Sequence record: OL960580 | Source: Escherichia phage vB_EcoM_SA21RB | Strand: one strand, 5' to 3' | Length of the DNA: 64,000 nt | In this document: positions 53,850 to 62,838 of the stretch, in pieces | How positions within the stretch are numbered: the stretch's first letter is position 1 | How the letters are laid out: every line of letters starts with the position of its first letter | The notes under the pieces: generated by a model | What the model was told of the DNA's origin: nothing | What the model saw: only the letters and a program-made list of their open reading frames with translations | Database searches by the model: none | Position numbers and translations under genes: made by a program

Positions 53850-54644
53850 ATGGCAATTGTAGGTGTTCCTGGCTGGATTGGCGAATCTGCCGTGAATGAA
53901 ACTGGACAACGCTGGATGGATGCTGCAATGAAAGCAGTTCGTGTTTCAGTTCCTGGTTGGATGAGCTCAATGGCTGGGCAATCTAAAGAAGTATATTACA
54001 GTATTGGCGCTAGTAATTCATATAATAAAGACACGCTAATAAATTATCTCAAATCTCAAGGTAGTACTCCTGTTGTTGTTACTATTACAGGAAATATTGT
54101 TTCTTCATCAGCTGGGCAACCTTGCTTAGATTTTCCTAGTTCATTAACTAATGCTTATGTAACGCTTATTATAAATGGTGGCGTAACAGTATATGGTCGT
54201 GGTGGTCGTGGCGCGCAAGCGGGAAACCAGGCAGGCCAAGCTGGCGGTACTGCAATTAACAATGGTATAGGTACTCGTCTACGAATCACTAACAATGGAG
54301 CGATTGCTGGCGGTGGTGGCGGTGGTGGCGCCCAATCAACTGATAATGGATGGGGAGGTAAATATGTTTCTGGCGGTGGCGGTGGACGTCCTTTCGGAGC
54401 TGGTGGCAATAATGGCGCAGCAGCCCCGGGCGCATCGGCATCTTTAACATCTCCAGGTGCAGGCGGAAAAATGTATTCCGGCGTTGGATACTACGGCGGC
54501 GATGGCGGTAACGTTGGTGAACGAGGTAAGGATGCGGTTAGATTGAGCGGCTATTCGAACTCCCCCGGCGCGGCTGGTAAAGCTGTTACTGGTAACGCTC
54601 CAACTTGGACTAAAGTTGGTACAATATATGGTGCAAGAGTATAA
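53850..54644 (+). CDS. 38: T2-type receptor-recognising adhesin gp38
   Basis: 264 aa; conserved N terminus MAIVGVPGWIGESAVNETGQRWM... then glycine-rich motifs (GGGGGGG, GGGGGRPFG) separating variable segments. Confidence 0.85.
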   Translation: MAIVGVPGWIGESAVNETGQRWMDAAMKAVRVSVPGWMSSMAGQSKEVYYSIGASNSYNKDTLINYLKSQGSTPVVVTITGNIVSSSAGQPCLDFPSSLTNAYVTLIINGGVTVYGRGGRGAQAGNQAGQAGGTAINNGIGTRLRITNNGAIAGGGGGGGAQSTDNGWGGKYVSGGGGGRPFGAGGNNGAAAPGASASLTSPGAGGKMYSGVGYYGGDGGNVGERGKDAVRLSGYSNSPGAAGKAVTGNAPTWTKVGTIYGARV

Positions 54645-54674
54645 TTTGAATAAATATCCTTAAAAGGAGGGTCT

Positions 54675-55331
54675 ATGGCAGCACCTAGAATATCATTTTC
54701 GCCCTCTGATATTCTGTTGGGTGTTCTAGATCGCTTGTTCAAAGATAACGCTACCGGGAAAGTTCTTGCTTCCCGGGTAGCTGTCGTAATTCTTTTGTTT
54801 ATAATGGCGATTGTTTGGTATAGGGGAGATAGTTTCTTTGAGTACTATAAGCAATCAAAGTATGAAACATACAGTGAAATTATTGAAAAGGAAAGAACTG
54901 CACGCTTTGAATCTGTCGCCCTGGAACAACTCCAGATAGTTCATATATCATCTGAGGCAGACTTTAGTGCGGTGTATTCTTTCCGCCCTAAAAACTTAAA
55001 CTATTTTGTTGATATTATAGCATACGAAGGAAGATTACCTTCAACAATAACCGAAAAATCACTTGGAGGATATCCTGTTGATAAAACTATGGATGAATAT
55101 ATAGTTCATTTAAATGGACGTCATTATTATTCCGACTCAAAATTTGCTTTTTTACCAACTAAAAAGCCTACTCCCGAAATAAACTACATGTACAGTTGTC
55201 CATATTTCAATTTGGATAATATCTATGCTGGAACAATAACCATGTACTGGTATAGAAATGATCATATAAGTAATGACCGCCTTGAATCAATATGTTCTCA
55301 GGCGGCCAGAATATTAGGAAGGGCTAAATAA
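54675..55331 (+). CDS. t: holin T
   Basis: 218 aa; single N-terminal TM segment with large periplasmic domain; matches T4 T. Confidence 0.93.
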   Translation: MAAPRISFSPSDILLGVLDRLFKDNATGKVLASRVAVVILLFIMAIVWYRGDSFFEYYKQSKYETYSEIIEKERTARFESVALEQLQIVHISSEADFSAVYSFRPKNLNYFVDIIAYEGRLPSTITEKSLGGYPVDKTMDEYIVHLNGRHYYSDSKFAFLPTKKPTPEINYMYSCPYFNLDNIYAGTITMYWYRNDHISNDRLESICSQAARILGRAK

Positions 55332-55604
55332 TTATTTGTTTGTATACATCTCTAGATATCGATATACACCCTCAAAACCCTCGTTGAATTCGTCGATGAG
55401 GGTTTTCTTATCTTCTTGAGTTAATTCAGAAACAATTTTACGGAATGAATTCTGATTCAACTTTCTACCTTCATGCGTTACTCCAATCTCATTCAGAAAT
55501 GCAATAAAATTAGCGCGATTCTCAACAATATCTTCTCTGGAAAATTTAATCAAAATAGACGCAACAGTAATAATTTCACGAACTGTATCAATATTTTTAT
55601 TCAT
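55332..55604 (-). CDS. asiA: AsiA anti-sigma70 factor
   Basis: 90 aa; MNKNIDTVREIITVASILIKFSREDIVENRANFIAFLNEIG... matches T4 AsiA. Confidence 0.93.
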   Translation of the reverse strand: MNKNIDTVREIITVASILIKFSREDIVENRANFIAFLNEIGVTHEGRKLNQNSFRKIVSELTQEDKKTLIDEFNEGFEGVYRYLEMYTNK

Positions 55605-55616
55605 TAACTATACCAC

Positions 55617-55769
55617 TCAATTAGTTGACTTTGTTATAATATCATCAGACGCTTGATTTGTAAACTGGTCTGTGTTATTTTCTTCAAAAATTTTTTCTAC
55701 GAATTCCTTGAACGACACGCGTTCCTGAGCTACATTATGCTCGATTACCTTTTCAAGATTATGACTCAT
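55617..55769 (-). CDS. possible small acidic protein
   Basis: 50 aa ORF translated by hand (MSHNLEKVIEHNVAQERVSFKEFVEKIFEENNTDQFTNQASDDIITKSTN); ATGA-coupled to the arn stop; contains the asiA early promoter. Confidence 0.35.
   Translation of the reverse strand: MSHNLEKVIEHNVAQERVSFKEFVEKIFEENNTDQFTNQASDDIITKSTN
55630..55665 (-). promoter_or_regulatory. early promoter for asiA
   Basis: minus strand GTTTAC (rc of 55660-55665), 17 bp spacer, TATTAT. Confidence 0.5.
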
Positions 55770-56044
55770 TCGAAATAATCTTCAATTTCATAATCAAGAA
55801 CATAAATCATTATAGTTTTTAATACATCATCAATACTTTTTCCTGGAGCTGGAATTACGTAAAAATATCCTGCTTTTGAGAGGTCTTTATAAGTTCCAAC
55901 CAAGAAATCATTATTCTCAAGATGCAGTTCTTCAACTAATTCATTAACAATTGAGTGGTATAAATTTGGTAGAAACTTATATAGCTTTTCTAGAATATCA
56001 ATTTTGATTGTGTATTGAACCACAGACTGAGAATCAATAATCAT
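55766..56044 (-). CDS. arn: Arn anti-restriction protein (McrBC inhibitor, DNA mimic)
   Basis: 92 aa acidic protein in the T4 arn position next to asiA. Confidence 0.7.
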   Translation of the reverse strand: MIIDSQSVVQYTIKIDILEKLYKFLPNLYHSIVNELVEELHLENNDFLVGTYKDLSKAGYFYVIPAPGKSIDDVLKTIMIYVLDYEIEDYFE

Positions 56045-56127
56045 AGACCTTCCCCTTATGTTTCTGTTTGCGATTAGATTCTTTAAACGCTTTCTTCTTA
56101 TCCTTATGGACAGAAGCTTTATTAAAA

Positions 56128-56346
56128 TTATGTTTTGCGACTAAATTGTTCATAGTGCTGAATTACCTCTCTCAAACATTTGCATGTGAATGAAAACTTT
56201 TTAGCTACACCACATTCAAATATATGTTCTCTTAAATCACGTGTGTCAGTATATCCCATCTCAACAATAAAATGCCGTATTAGATTTTTATCTTTATCAT
56301 TGAGAGAATTAAAATAATCGGATTTTGAATTAATTTCCCTGGCCAA
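56128..56346 (-). CDS. hypothetical protein (arn.x)
   Basis: 72 aa ORF. Confidence 0.5.
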   Translation of the reverse strand: MAREINSKSDYFNSLNDKDKNLIRHFIVEMGYTDTRDLREHIFECGVAKKFSFTCKCLREVIQHYEQFSRKT

Positions 56347-56626
56347 ATTGAATCACCTTCAGTTGACGTTTTAGTTCTTTTATCATTTCTTCGTTCATCG
56401 CAATATAAAGATCACGTAAAGCAGGTTTTAACATTCCATTTACTGGAGAACTAAATGGGCATACATAATCTTTTCCTACGAGCTTTTTGGCGAATTCCAT
56501 ATTACAGAATTGAAATGCCGGTTCATTAGCATAAATTCCCCAATTAGTTGACATCATTTTATTGGCATATTCCAGTGCCTGGATTTGATTCATAATTCCA
56601 TCAATTTGAAACTTTTTAATATTCAT
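56330..56626 (-). CDS. hypothetical protein (arn.x)
   Basis: 98 aa ORF. Confidence 0.5.
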   Translation of the reverse strand: MNIKKFQIDGIMNQIQALEYANKMMSTNWGIYANEPAFQFCNMEFAKKLVGKDYVCPFSSPVNGMLKPALRDLYIAMNEEMIKELKRQLKVIQFGQGN

Positions 56627-57087
56627 TAGTAAAGGTCCTCAGAGTAAAGTTCTTTTTCACTACCACCGCGTTCAATACGTACTTGTCCAGCATAAGTTGC
56701 AATAATCATTGCTTCTTCGCGGGTCCAATAATTACTATATTGGTCAATAAACCCTTGGTCATCATCACAAACTTGTTGAGTAACTAATTGAGGTTTAACT
56801 ACATCTAAAACTTCTGCCATATCTTTAGAATAATGACGAGCACCTGGAATAACAAGATTTCGACCATCTTTTAATTTAAAACGGTTGGCGGCGCAAACAA
56901 TTCGTCGTTGATACTTTTGGTTTTCATCCCAGTATGCAGACTGCCAACAGATTTCAGGAACTTCTGCAAGAATATCTTCTTCTGTGCATTTATAACCATG
57001 CGCTTTAAATTTTTCAACAAGACTTTCTGGAGTTTCACGAGATAAAGGAACATTCAGCATTTTTAAACGATTAATAAACGGGTTCAT
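56626..57087 (-). CDS. hypothetical protein (arn.x)
   Basis: 153 aa ORF, ATGA-coupled. Confidence 0.55.
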   Translation of the reverse strand: MNPFINRLKMLNVPLSRETPESLVEKFKAHGYKCTEEDILAEVPEICWQSAYWDENQKYQRRIVCAANRFKLKDGRNLVIPGARHYSKDMAEVLDVVKPQLVTQQVCDDDQGFIDQYSNYWTREEAMIIATYAGQVRIERGGSEKELYSEDLY

Positions 57088-57428
57088 TTAAACCATCCTT
57101 TAATACGCTGCCACAAAGTTTTCTGTTGAGCTTTGTTAACACCAATTGAGCGAATAACTGGTTGAGATTCCTGGAATTCTTTATAATCAGCAAGGTAAAT
57201 TTCGTAAGCCGATTGAACAAAGGTACTAATCGCTGCCATGAAGTTTTTACGTACACCGCCTGGAGCTACTCCGTTAGGCAATTCAGAATTTTCACGAATA
57301 ATTAAATATAACCCAGTTCTAACCTTAACAATAGTTCCAAGATAAGCTCCGTGGTACCAGATGTCCCATCCCTCTTGAGTGGGTTCTGCGCAACGACGAA
57401 GTTCATTGATAATTTCTAACTTGTTCAT
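57084..57428 (-). CDS. hypothetical protein (arn.x)
   Basis: 114 aa ORF. Confidence 0.55.
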   Translation of the reverse strand: MNKLEIINELRRCAEPTQEGWDIWYHGAYLGTIVKVRTGLYLIIRENSELPNGVAPGGVRKNFMAAISTFVQSAYEIYLADYKEFQESQPVIRSIGVNKAQQKTLWQRIKGWFK

Positions 57429-57438
57429 TATTTATTCC

Positions 57439-58074
57439 TCACAGTTCAGATGCTACGGTGATTACTGCTTCAATGTTTTCTGCCGAGCGTTTAATGTCAA
57501 GATACACATTACCGTTTTTAGCGATTTTACATGACATTCCGATATCAGTAAATTTCTGAATATGGTGTTCCATCATTTTGTATCCAAAAATTCGCATATT
57601 TCCATTGTTGTTAATTTCAAAATTACGAATTCCGTGAGTGCGTTTTTCTAAAATAGCGAGATAGTTACTGCGGTAAGTTTCAACCTTTTTAAGAACAAAT
57701 CCATTTTCATCTAAAAGTTTTAACATGTAGTCTTTATCTTCTTCCATATCGGAAGTAATCTCACGAGCTTTACGAGTTGCTCGTTTTTTCAGCAGTTCAG
57801 GAGCATTTTCCTGCGCATATAAAGTTGCTGCATTTGAAATAATATCCTGAGCTTCACCTGTAATGATCAATCCATCACCAGATTTCTCCACCAGGCCTTT
57901 TTTAATCAATACCCCAATATTACTATTAACTACTGCGTTACCTAAATCTGGATGCACCTCACGAACTTCTGCAGCTGTAATGAAATCTTTCTTAGCAATG
58001 GTAATTAAAATCGCAGCAGTTTTTTCATTCAGAACATCGTTAGAAGCTTTGATGATGTAAGTTACTTTAGACAT
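57439..58074 (-). CDS. motA: MotA middle-transcription activator
   Basis: 211 aa; MSKVTYIIKASNDVLNEKTAAILITIAKKDFITAAEVREVHPDLG... matches T4 MotA. Confidence 0.93.
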   Translation of the reverse strand: MSKVTYIIKASNDVLNEKTAAILITIAKKDFITAAEVREVHPDLGNAVVNSNIGVLIKKGLVEKSGDGLIITGEAQDIISNAATLYAQENAPELLKKRATRKAREITSDMEEDKDYMLKLLDENGFVLKKVETYRSNYLAILEKRTHGIRNFEINNNGNMRIFGYKMMEHHIQKFTDIGMSCKIAKNGNVYLDIKRSAENIEAVITVASEL

Positions 58075-58104
58075 TTTCTAATCTCCGTAATTCTGTATCA
58101 GTAG

Positions 58105-58145
58105 TTGATAGTTGTATAGTACCACAGTATGCTTTGGTTGTAAAC
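58105..58145 (-). promoter_or_regulatory. early promoter for motA
   Basis: minus strand GTTTAC (rc of 58140-58145) with TACTATAC -10 region and shared upstream AT-rich module. Confidence 0.55.
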
Positions 58146-58160
58146 CGTTTTGTGAAAAAA

Positions 58161-58187
58161 TTTTTGAAATAAAAAAAGGGAGAGCCA
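58161..58187 (-). terminator. intrinsic terminator downstream of the gene 52 unit
   Basis: minus strand gggagagcc-tt-ggctctccc followed by TTTTTTTATTTC. Confidence 0.65.
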
Positions 58188-58202
58188 AGGCTCTCCCTAA
58201 AA

Positions 58203-58352
58203 TTACTGCATGACTGTGATAACTGTCATGATAACACGTTGAATTCCGAATGCAAGAAGACCTCCTGCTACGGCTGGAACAACACCTAAACCCGCCAGTA
58301 AAATGCTACCAGATACTAATGCAGCGCTTGTAATACCTATAAATGGACTCAT
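58203..58352 (-). CDS. small hydrophobic membrane protein
   Basis: 49 aa ORF translated by hand (MSPFIGITSAALVSGSILLAGLGVVPAVAGGLLAFGIQRVIMTVITVMQ); ATGA-coupled to the gene 52 stop. Confidence 0.45.
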   Translation of the reverse strand: MSPFIGITSAALVSGSILLAGLGVVPAVAGGLLAFGIQRVIMTVITVMQ

Positions 58353-59677
58353 TTGATTTCCTCTAAATCTTTGGTGTATTCTGTAACTACATCAGTAGTT
58401 TTCCAATATTCGTTTTCTTCTTTTTTAGCTTTAGCTTCTTCAGCAAGTTTCTTTGCTTCGTCAGAAGTCATATGAAAAATGTTCATTCCAACTAGTTTAT
58501 CAACATAAGAAGAATACATATCAATTTTAGAAAGTTCTTCGGTCAGTTCTTTGCGAGTTTTACCTTGTACAACAATTTCACCTGAAATTACTTTCTTAAT
58601 GAAATGTGCCTTGGCAAAGGCTAAACGAAATGCTGATTCAGTTTCTTTGATTTTGTTATCAATTCGTTTTTGGACATAAGTTTTACGAACTTCAACGAAG
58701 TCTTTGATTAAATCAACTACGTTATCGTAAACTTGCAGCTTTCCTTTCTCATTAATAACAGTAATATTCTGGGAACGACGCTCAATCAACCCGAAGTCTT
58801 TCATAATTTTTGCGTGTCGTTCTTCTTCATTATCGCTCAAAGAGTATTCTTTACGGAATTTAACTTTGAAGCCAAAACCGTGCTCACCGCAAGCATCATC
58901 CCACGTAATGAAGCCTTTATCTTCAAGCGGGTCTAAGATTTTACTCACGTAAGTTTCACGATCATACTTATATGGAATCTCAGTGATATGCATTTGAGTT
59001 CGTGAAGTAAACTTGTACGTTCCACGAATTTCATATTGACCGTCAATTTCAACGACTTCACCACGAAATTCTGGGAATTCTACCTTCGGTTTAGTTACTT
59101 TCTTTCCTTGAAGAGCTTGCAGTACAGCTTTCTTGACAGAAGAAACACTATGAGGAAGAATGTAAGTTGCATAACCAGTTGCAATACCGGAAACACCATT
59201 AAGAAGAACAGTAGGAATAATAGGCAAATAGAAAGCAGGCGGAATGTGTTCTTTATCTTGATGTACCGGAGCATATTCAGTATCTTTATATACGTTATAG
59301 AAATTTTTACTTACACGAGCAAAAATATAACGACTCGCCGCTGCTTTTTGAACGGTACGAGAACCAAAGTTTCCTTGACCATCTAACAGGGGAAAGTTAT
59401 TATTCCAAGTATTAGCCATCAAAGCGCCTGCGTCTTGTGCAGAGTTTTCACCATGATGATATCCAAGATCCGCTACACCACCTGCAATAGAAGCGAGTTT
59501 GTGAAACTTATCTTTATTTCCTCGTGCCAAATCAAGAGCTCGAGCAATAACAAATCGTTGAACTGGCTTAAATCCATCAATCATATTTGGGATAGCACGA
59601 TTTTCAACCGTGTACATAGCATAAGCCAATGCTTCATTATCAATGATACTTTTTAAATCGCGATTATTCAGTTGCAT
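58349..59677 (-). CDS. 52: DNA topoisomerase II medium subunit gp52
   Basis: 442 aa; active-site region RYIFARVS; matches T4 gp52. Confidence 0.95.
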   Translation of the reverse strand: MQLNNRDLKSIIDNEALAYAMYTVENRAIPNMIDGFKPVQRFVIARALDLARGNKDKFHKLASIAGGVADLGYHHGENSAQDAGALMANTWNNNFPLLDGQGNFGSRTVQKAAASRYIFARVSKNFYNVYKDTEYAPVHQDKEHIPPAFYLPIIPTVLLNGVSGIATGYATYILPHSVSSVKKAVLQALQGKKVTKPKVEFPEFRGEVVEIDGQYEIRGTYKFTSRTQMHITEIPYKYDRETYVSKILDPLEDKGFITWDDACGEHGFGFKVKFRKEYSLSDNEEERHAKIMKDFGLIERRSQNITVINEKGKLQVYDNVVDLIKDFVEVRKTYVQKRIDNKIKETESAFRLAFAKAHFIKKVISGEIVVQGKTRKELTEELSKIDMYSSYVDKLVGMNIFHMTSDEAKKLAEEAKAKKEENEYWKTTDVVTEYTKDLEEIK

Positions 59678-59681
59678 AAAT

Positions 59682-59822
59682 TTACCATACTAGTGAATGT
59701 AGTGCCATAATAACATCAGAAATGAAAAGCACGACTTGAATTAATCCGAACATTACTCCATAATATAGTGCTACCAATAAAGTAGCAAGGGCTAATGAAT
59801 AGCCCAAGATTTTCTTAATCAT
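59682..59822 (-). CDS. small hydrophobic peptide
   Basis: 46 aa ORF translated by hand (MIKKILGYSLALATLLVALYYGVMFGLIQVVLFISDVIMALHSLVW). Confidence 0.4.
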   Translation of the reverse strand: MIKKILGYSLALATLLVALYYGVMFGLIQVVLFISDVIMALHSLVW

Positions 59823-59973
59823 TAGTAGATAACAACACAAATGTTAAATATGCACACATACCCTGGGCTAAAGCTTGCGAAAACACACTGCTAGCATCGA
59901 TACAGATAGTTAAAACACATGCTACTATCCAACAAACAAATGAAATAACTCCTAATAATTTTGCAATATTCAT
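59815..59973 (-). CDS. small hydrophobic peptide (possibly ac-like)
   Basis: 52 aa ORF translated by hand (MNIAKLLGVISFVCWIVACVLTICIDASSVFSQALAQGMCAYLTFVLLSTND). Confidence 0.4.
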   Translation of the reverse strand: MNIAKLLGVISFVCWIVACVLTICIDASSVFSQALAQGMCAYLTFVLLSTND

Positions 59974-59980
59974 ATTTTCC

Positions 59981-60061
59981 TCACTGGCGTCCGAAGACGC
60001 CTTTAGTTTTAAGATTATTACGATAAAACTGCATCACATGTTCGTTATGGAAATTACTCAT
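59981..60061 (-). CDS. stp: Stp peptide (26 aa; activator of the host PrrC anticodon nuclease / inhibitor of EcoprrI restriction)
   Basis: hand translation of the minus strand gives [26 protein letters not shown], which matches the T4 Stp peptide as I recall it. Confidence 0.8.
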
Positions 60062-60227
60062 ACACACCACACATTTTGCATAAACGTTCAAAACAGATAA
60101 ATCCGCCACCTACACACATCACGACAGCCACATTATCATTAAGAGGTAGACCTAAAGCCGTAAAGATTCCAGTCAATGTGAATAAGGCTAAAACTAATAG
60201 GTAACCCATTACAAATAGAGCTTTCAT
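60054..60227 (-). CDS. small hydrophobic peptide
   Basis: 57 aa ORF translated by hand ([57 protein letters not shown]); 1-nt overlap with the ndd stop. Confidence 0.4.
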
Positions 60228-60682
60228 TAGTATGCCTGCAAAACAAATTTAAAGTTATCAGCCAACATACGGTTCATTTCTTCAAGCGTTTGATACTCAG
60301 AATGATGATTACGAGTAAACGCTAAAGCTAACTGACCTTTTCCAAATCCTGTCGTCAAAGGTTTCATCTTAGAAGCAGGAAGATAAAATACCGTGTATGG
60401 AACATTGTTATTTGCAATAGTACGCGCAAGCTGAGACCGACGCTGACGAATATGACTTAGAACTGCACTGAATCCTTGCTTAGAACGCTGATTACCTACA
60501 TAAAATCGCGCAGATACACATGGACTATCAAATGGACCACCAAATTTGCTTACTAAAAAGTAAAATCCAGGGTTAGATAAAATATCTTTATGCGGAGTTC
60601 CAAAAACCCATTCACCGCCCTTGATTGTACCAATAACAGTAGCACCTGCATTATTCAGATCAGTAACAGTCATGTATTTCAT
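60227..60682 (-). CDS. ndd: Ndd nucleoid disruption protein
   Basis: 151 aa; [33 protein letters not shown]... matches T4 Ndd. Confidence 0.9.
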   Translation of the reverse strand: MKYMTVTDLNNAGATVIGTIKGGEWVFGTPHKDILSNPGFYFLVSKFGGPFDSPCVSARFYVGNQRSKQGFSAVLSHIRQRRSQLARTIANNNVPYTVFYLPASKMKPLTTGFGKGQLALAFTRNHHSEYQTLEEMNRMLADNFKFVLQAY

Positions 60683-60741
60683 ATTAATTTCCTCTAATTA
60701 TTTTCTACTCCAAGGCCGCATGAATACACACGGCCAATAAA

Positions 60742-60957
60742 TTAATCGTCGCAGTCGACGCTCAATTCCCAAAACTCTTCTACGGTATAAGTTTCAGTAT
60801 CATTTTCAATACAGAAACGTTCATTACTGTTATTTACTAAAGTAGCGTTAACTGTCATTTTCTCACTAGTGCTCTTAAGAGGTGAAATACGAATTAACTG
60901 ATCACCATTATCCAAGCAAAAAATTTCGCCAACTTTTACATCTTTAAAAATTTTCAT
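60742..60957 (-). CDS. hypothetical protein (ndd.x)
   Basis: 71 aa ORF. Confidence 0.55.
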   Translation of the reverse strand: MKIFKDVKVGEIFCLDNGDQLIRISPLKSTSEKMTVNATLVNNSNERFCIENDTETYTVEEFWELSVDCDD

Positions 60958-61072
60958 AATTCACCTCAGGGAGTATAAAATCCAAATGCAGTTGTTGACC
61001 ATCCCATCCAATACGGAAAATTTGCACCGACGTAAAACATGAGAATATAAAACCAAATGCTTAGTAAATTCA

Positions 61073-61270
61073 TTATTTTACACCATTCCAAATTGTTTCA
61101 ACCACAGATTTTAAGCCATTTTGATGAATGTCCATTCCGACAACCGCCATCAAATAAATTCCAACTACAACTGAACCTAAGGCAAAAATCAGCATGAAAA
61201 TGAATAAAGCCGGAAAAATATTATCAAAAAACCATTCCATAAATGTAAAAGCACTGCGTTTACGCTTCAT
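61073..61270 (-). CDS. small membrane protein (ndd.x)
   Basis: 65 aa from MKRKRSAFTF... with SD GAGGA; hydrophobic core; the first ATG lacks an RBS. Confidence 0.5.
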   Translation of the reverse strand: MKRKRSAFTFMEWFFDNIFPALFIFMLIFALGSVVVGIYLMAVVGMDIHQNGLKSVVETIWNGVK

Positions 61271-61277
61271 ATTTTCC

Positions 61278-61391
61278 TCACATAAATCCAAAGTAAGCGT
61301 TTAATACATCAATCATTAAAACGATTGGGAATATACTCAAAACTACTAGTATTATAACTACATTCCATATAGCTTTAATAATCTTTTTCAT
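61278..61391 (-). CDS. small membrane peptide (ndd.x)
   Basis: 37 aa from MKKIIKAIWNVVIILVVLSIFPIVLMIDVLNAYFGFM with SD GGAGG; the upstream part of the 82 aa frame overlaps an early promoter and is rejected. Confidence 0.5.
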   Translation of the reverse strand: MKKIIKAIWNVVIILVVLSIFPIVLMIDVLNAYFGFM

Positions 61392-61409
61392 TTTCTGTTC
61401 CTCCGTAGT

Positions 61410-61449
61410 TGATAGGGTAATAATACCACAGAGGAACAGTCTTGTAAAC
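61410..61449 (-). promoter_or_regulatory. T4-type early promoter
   Basis: minus strand GTTTAC (rc of 61444-61449), -10 TATTATTAC region. Confidence 0.5.
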
Positions 61450-61634
61450 AACTTTTTTAAAAATATTCGTAATAAATGTGAATACCAACTACTACCGCTG
61501 AAACTTGCGCAACCCACCACGCACAAGCAATAAGCACAGAATTCAAAATTTTCATAATAACCTCATCACAAAAGTAAATGCTAAACAAATCAATGGAATA
61601 CTAATTAACCAAACAAAACACCACCACAATGAAC

Positions 61635-61907
61635 TCATAGTTCAATCTCAGCGATTTTCATTTCATTACTATTAATAGCCGCTTTAAGACTATCTGAAAG
61701 AATTACATTCCAGTGGTCATTCATATGACCATTAACTAAGCGTGTAATTTCTTCAGGAGTTGAAAAATAAGGCGTATCAGACTCCCAATGCGATAATCCC
61801 AAGCGAGTATAAATCATACCTTCATCATCGCTAGAATATTCAACTGACACAAACTCATCAGTTATTTTATGTTTAGCGTAATAAAATTTAAATTTCATTT
61901 TACTCAA
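61635..61907 (-). CDS. hypothetical protein (ndd.x)
   Basis: 90 aa ORF. Confidence 0.6.
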   Translation of the reverse strand: MSKMKFKFYYAKHKITDEFVSVEYSSDDEGMIYTRLGLSHWESDTPYFSTPEEITRLVNGHMNDHWNVILSDSLKAAINSNEMKIAEIEL

Positions 61908-62110
61908 TAATCCGCTAAAAGATCGACGATTGTATCACGAAGACACTTATTCGCAATACGTTTAAGAGCAATTTCAGTTTCTGGAGCATTTTGAATAATC
62001 ATTGAATTCAATTCAGCCTCAGCAAACTGAAGTTCTTTAACTAATTCAGCTTTATATTTTCCTTGCCCTTTCTTAGCTTTTGCTCGTTTTAATTCAGCTG
62101 TAGTAAACAT
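61904..62110 (-). CDS. hypothetical Lys-rich coiled-coil protein (ndd.x)
   Basis: 68 aa from MFTTAELKRAKAKKGQ... with SD GGAG; the longer 102 aa frame would contain the early promoter. Confidence 0.55.
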   Translation of the reverse strand: MFTTAELKRAKAKKGQGKYKAELVKELQFAEAELNSMIIQNAPETEIALKRIANKCLRDTIVDLLADY

Positions 62111-62134
62111 TTTATTCTCCAAATCCGTATCAGT

Positions 62135-62174
62135 TGATAGTTGTATAGTACCACAGTCCTTGTGGTATGTAAAC
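62135..62174 (-). promoter_or_regulatory. T4-type early promoter
   Basis: minus strand GTTTAC (rc of 62169-62174), -10 region TACTATAC, upstream AT-rich module. Confidence 0.55.
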
Positions 62175-62193
62175 CGTTTTGTGAAAAATTTTT

Positions 62194-62751
62194 TTAAATG
62201 GAAAGATACCATCCGTTGTAGTTGCTTTTTCTTACAACCTTACGAAGGTCTTCTCTATCACCGATGAACTTCGGAGTGTACTGGATGACACCTGGATGAA
62301 TTTCTTTAGTGTTGAATATAATTATACAGTCAGCGACCTGATGATTCAGAATGGGCCCTAGATTTATTCCAGAACCGTATGGATACTCTCCGCTGCATCC
62401 GGTTGTTACCGAAATCCAACGTGAGTCAGTTTGATGGGTTTTGACTTCTACGCGAAGTCCGCAGTATCTTGGGTGCGCCAATACATCCCATGCATATGTA
62501 TACGGGTCATTAACATCCTCTTGACCTTTGTTAACATACCCGCTCAACCAATCTGCTACAAAAAATTCTGCGTACACAGCGATACGACATCTTTCAATAA
62601 CTTCTGCTTTATCCTGATTTGGATTTTGTTTTAAAGAGTATCTTGCTGTATCAGCAATTTTGACCTTCATTTCACTAGTCAAGTCACTGTTCGATAGGGT
62701 AAATGTCGGAATCTGAAATAGTCTCTGTAAACCTGGATTCGTTTTCTGCAT
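62194..62751 (-). CDS. denB: endonuclease IV
   Basis: 185 aa; MQKTNPGLQRLFQIPTFTLSNSDLTSEMKVKIADTARYS... matches T4 DenB. Confidence 0.9.
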   Translation of the reverse strand: MQKTNPGLQRLFQIPTFTLSNSDLTSEMKVKIADTARYSLKQNPNQDKAEVIERCRIAVYAEFFVADWLSGYVNKGQEDVNDPYTYAWDVLAHPRYCGLRVEVKTHQTDSRWISVTTGCSGEYPYGSGINLGPILNHQVADCIIIFNTKEIHPGVIQYTPKFIGDREDLRKVVRKSNYNGWYLSI

Positions 62752-62838
62752 TAAACTTTCCTTTTACGTCGGAATCACCGATATTCATACAGTAAATCAT
62801 AATTTTTCCTTAAAACAAAAGGGCCGAAGCCCCTTATT

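Noticed and set aside
54155-54409. Proline-rich 84 aa minus-strand ORF
   Set aside because: Antisense artefact of the glycine-codon repeats within gp38.
61278-61526. 82 aa ORF as drawn in the track (and the 102 aa ORF 61904-62212)
   Set aside because: The N-terminal parts overlap early promoters (GTTTAC boxes at 61444-61449 and 62169-62174); internal Met codons with good SD sequences give 37 aa and 68 aa products instead.
62690-62732. Early-promoter-like GTTTAC sequence inside the 5' end of denB
   Set aside because: It lies within the conserved denB coding region (N terminus matches T4 from the first Met); probably a chance match or minor internal promoter, not annotated.
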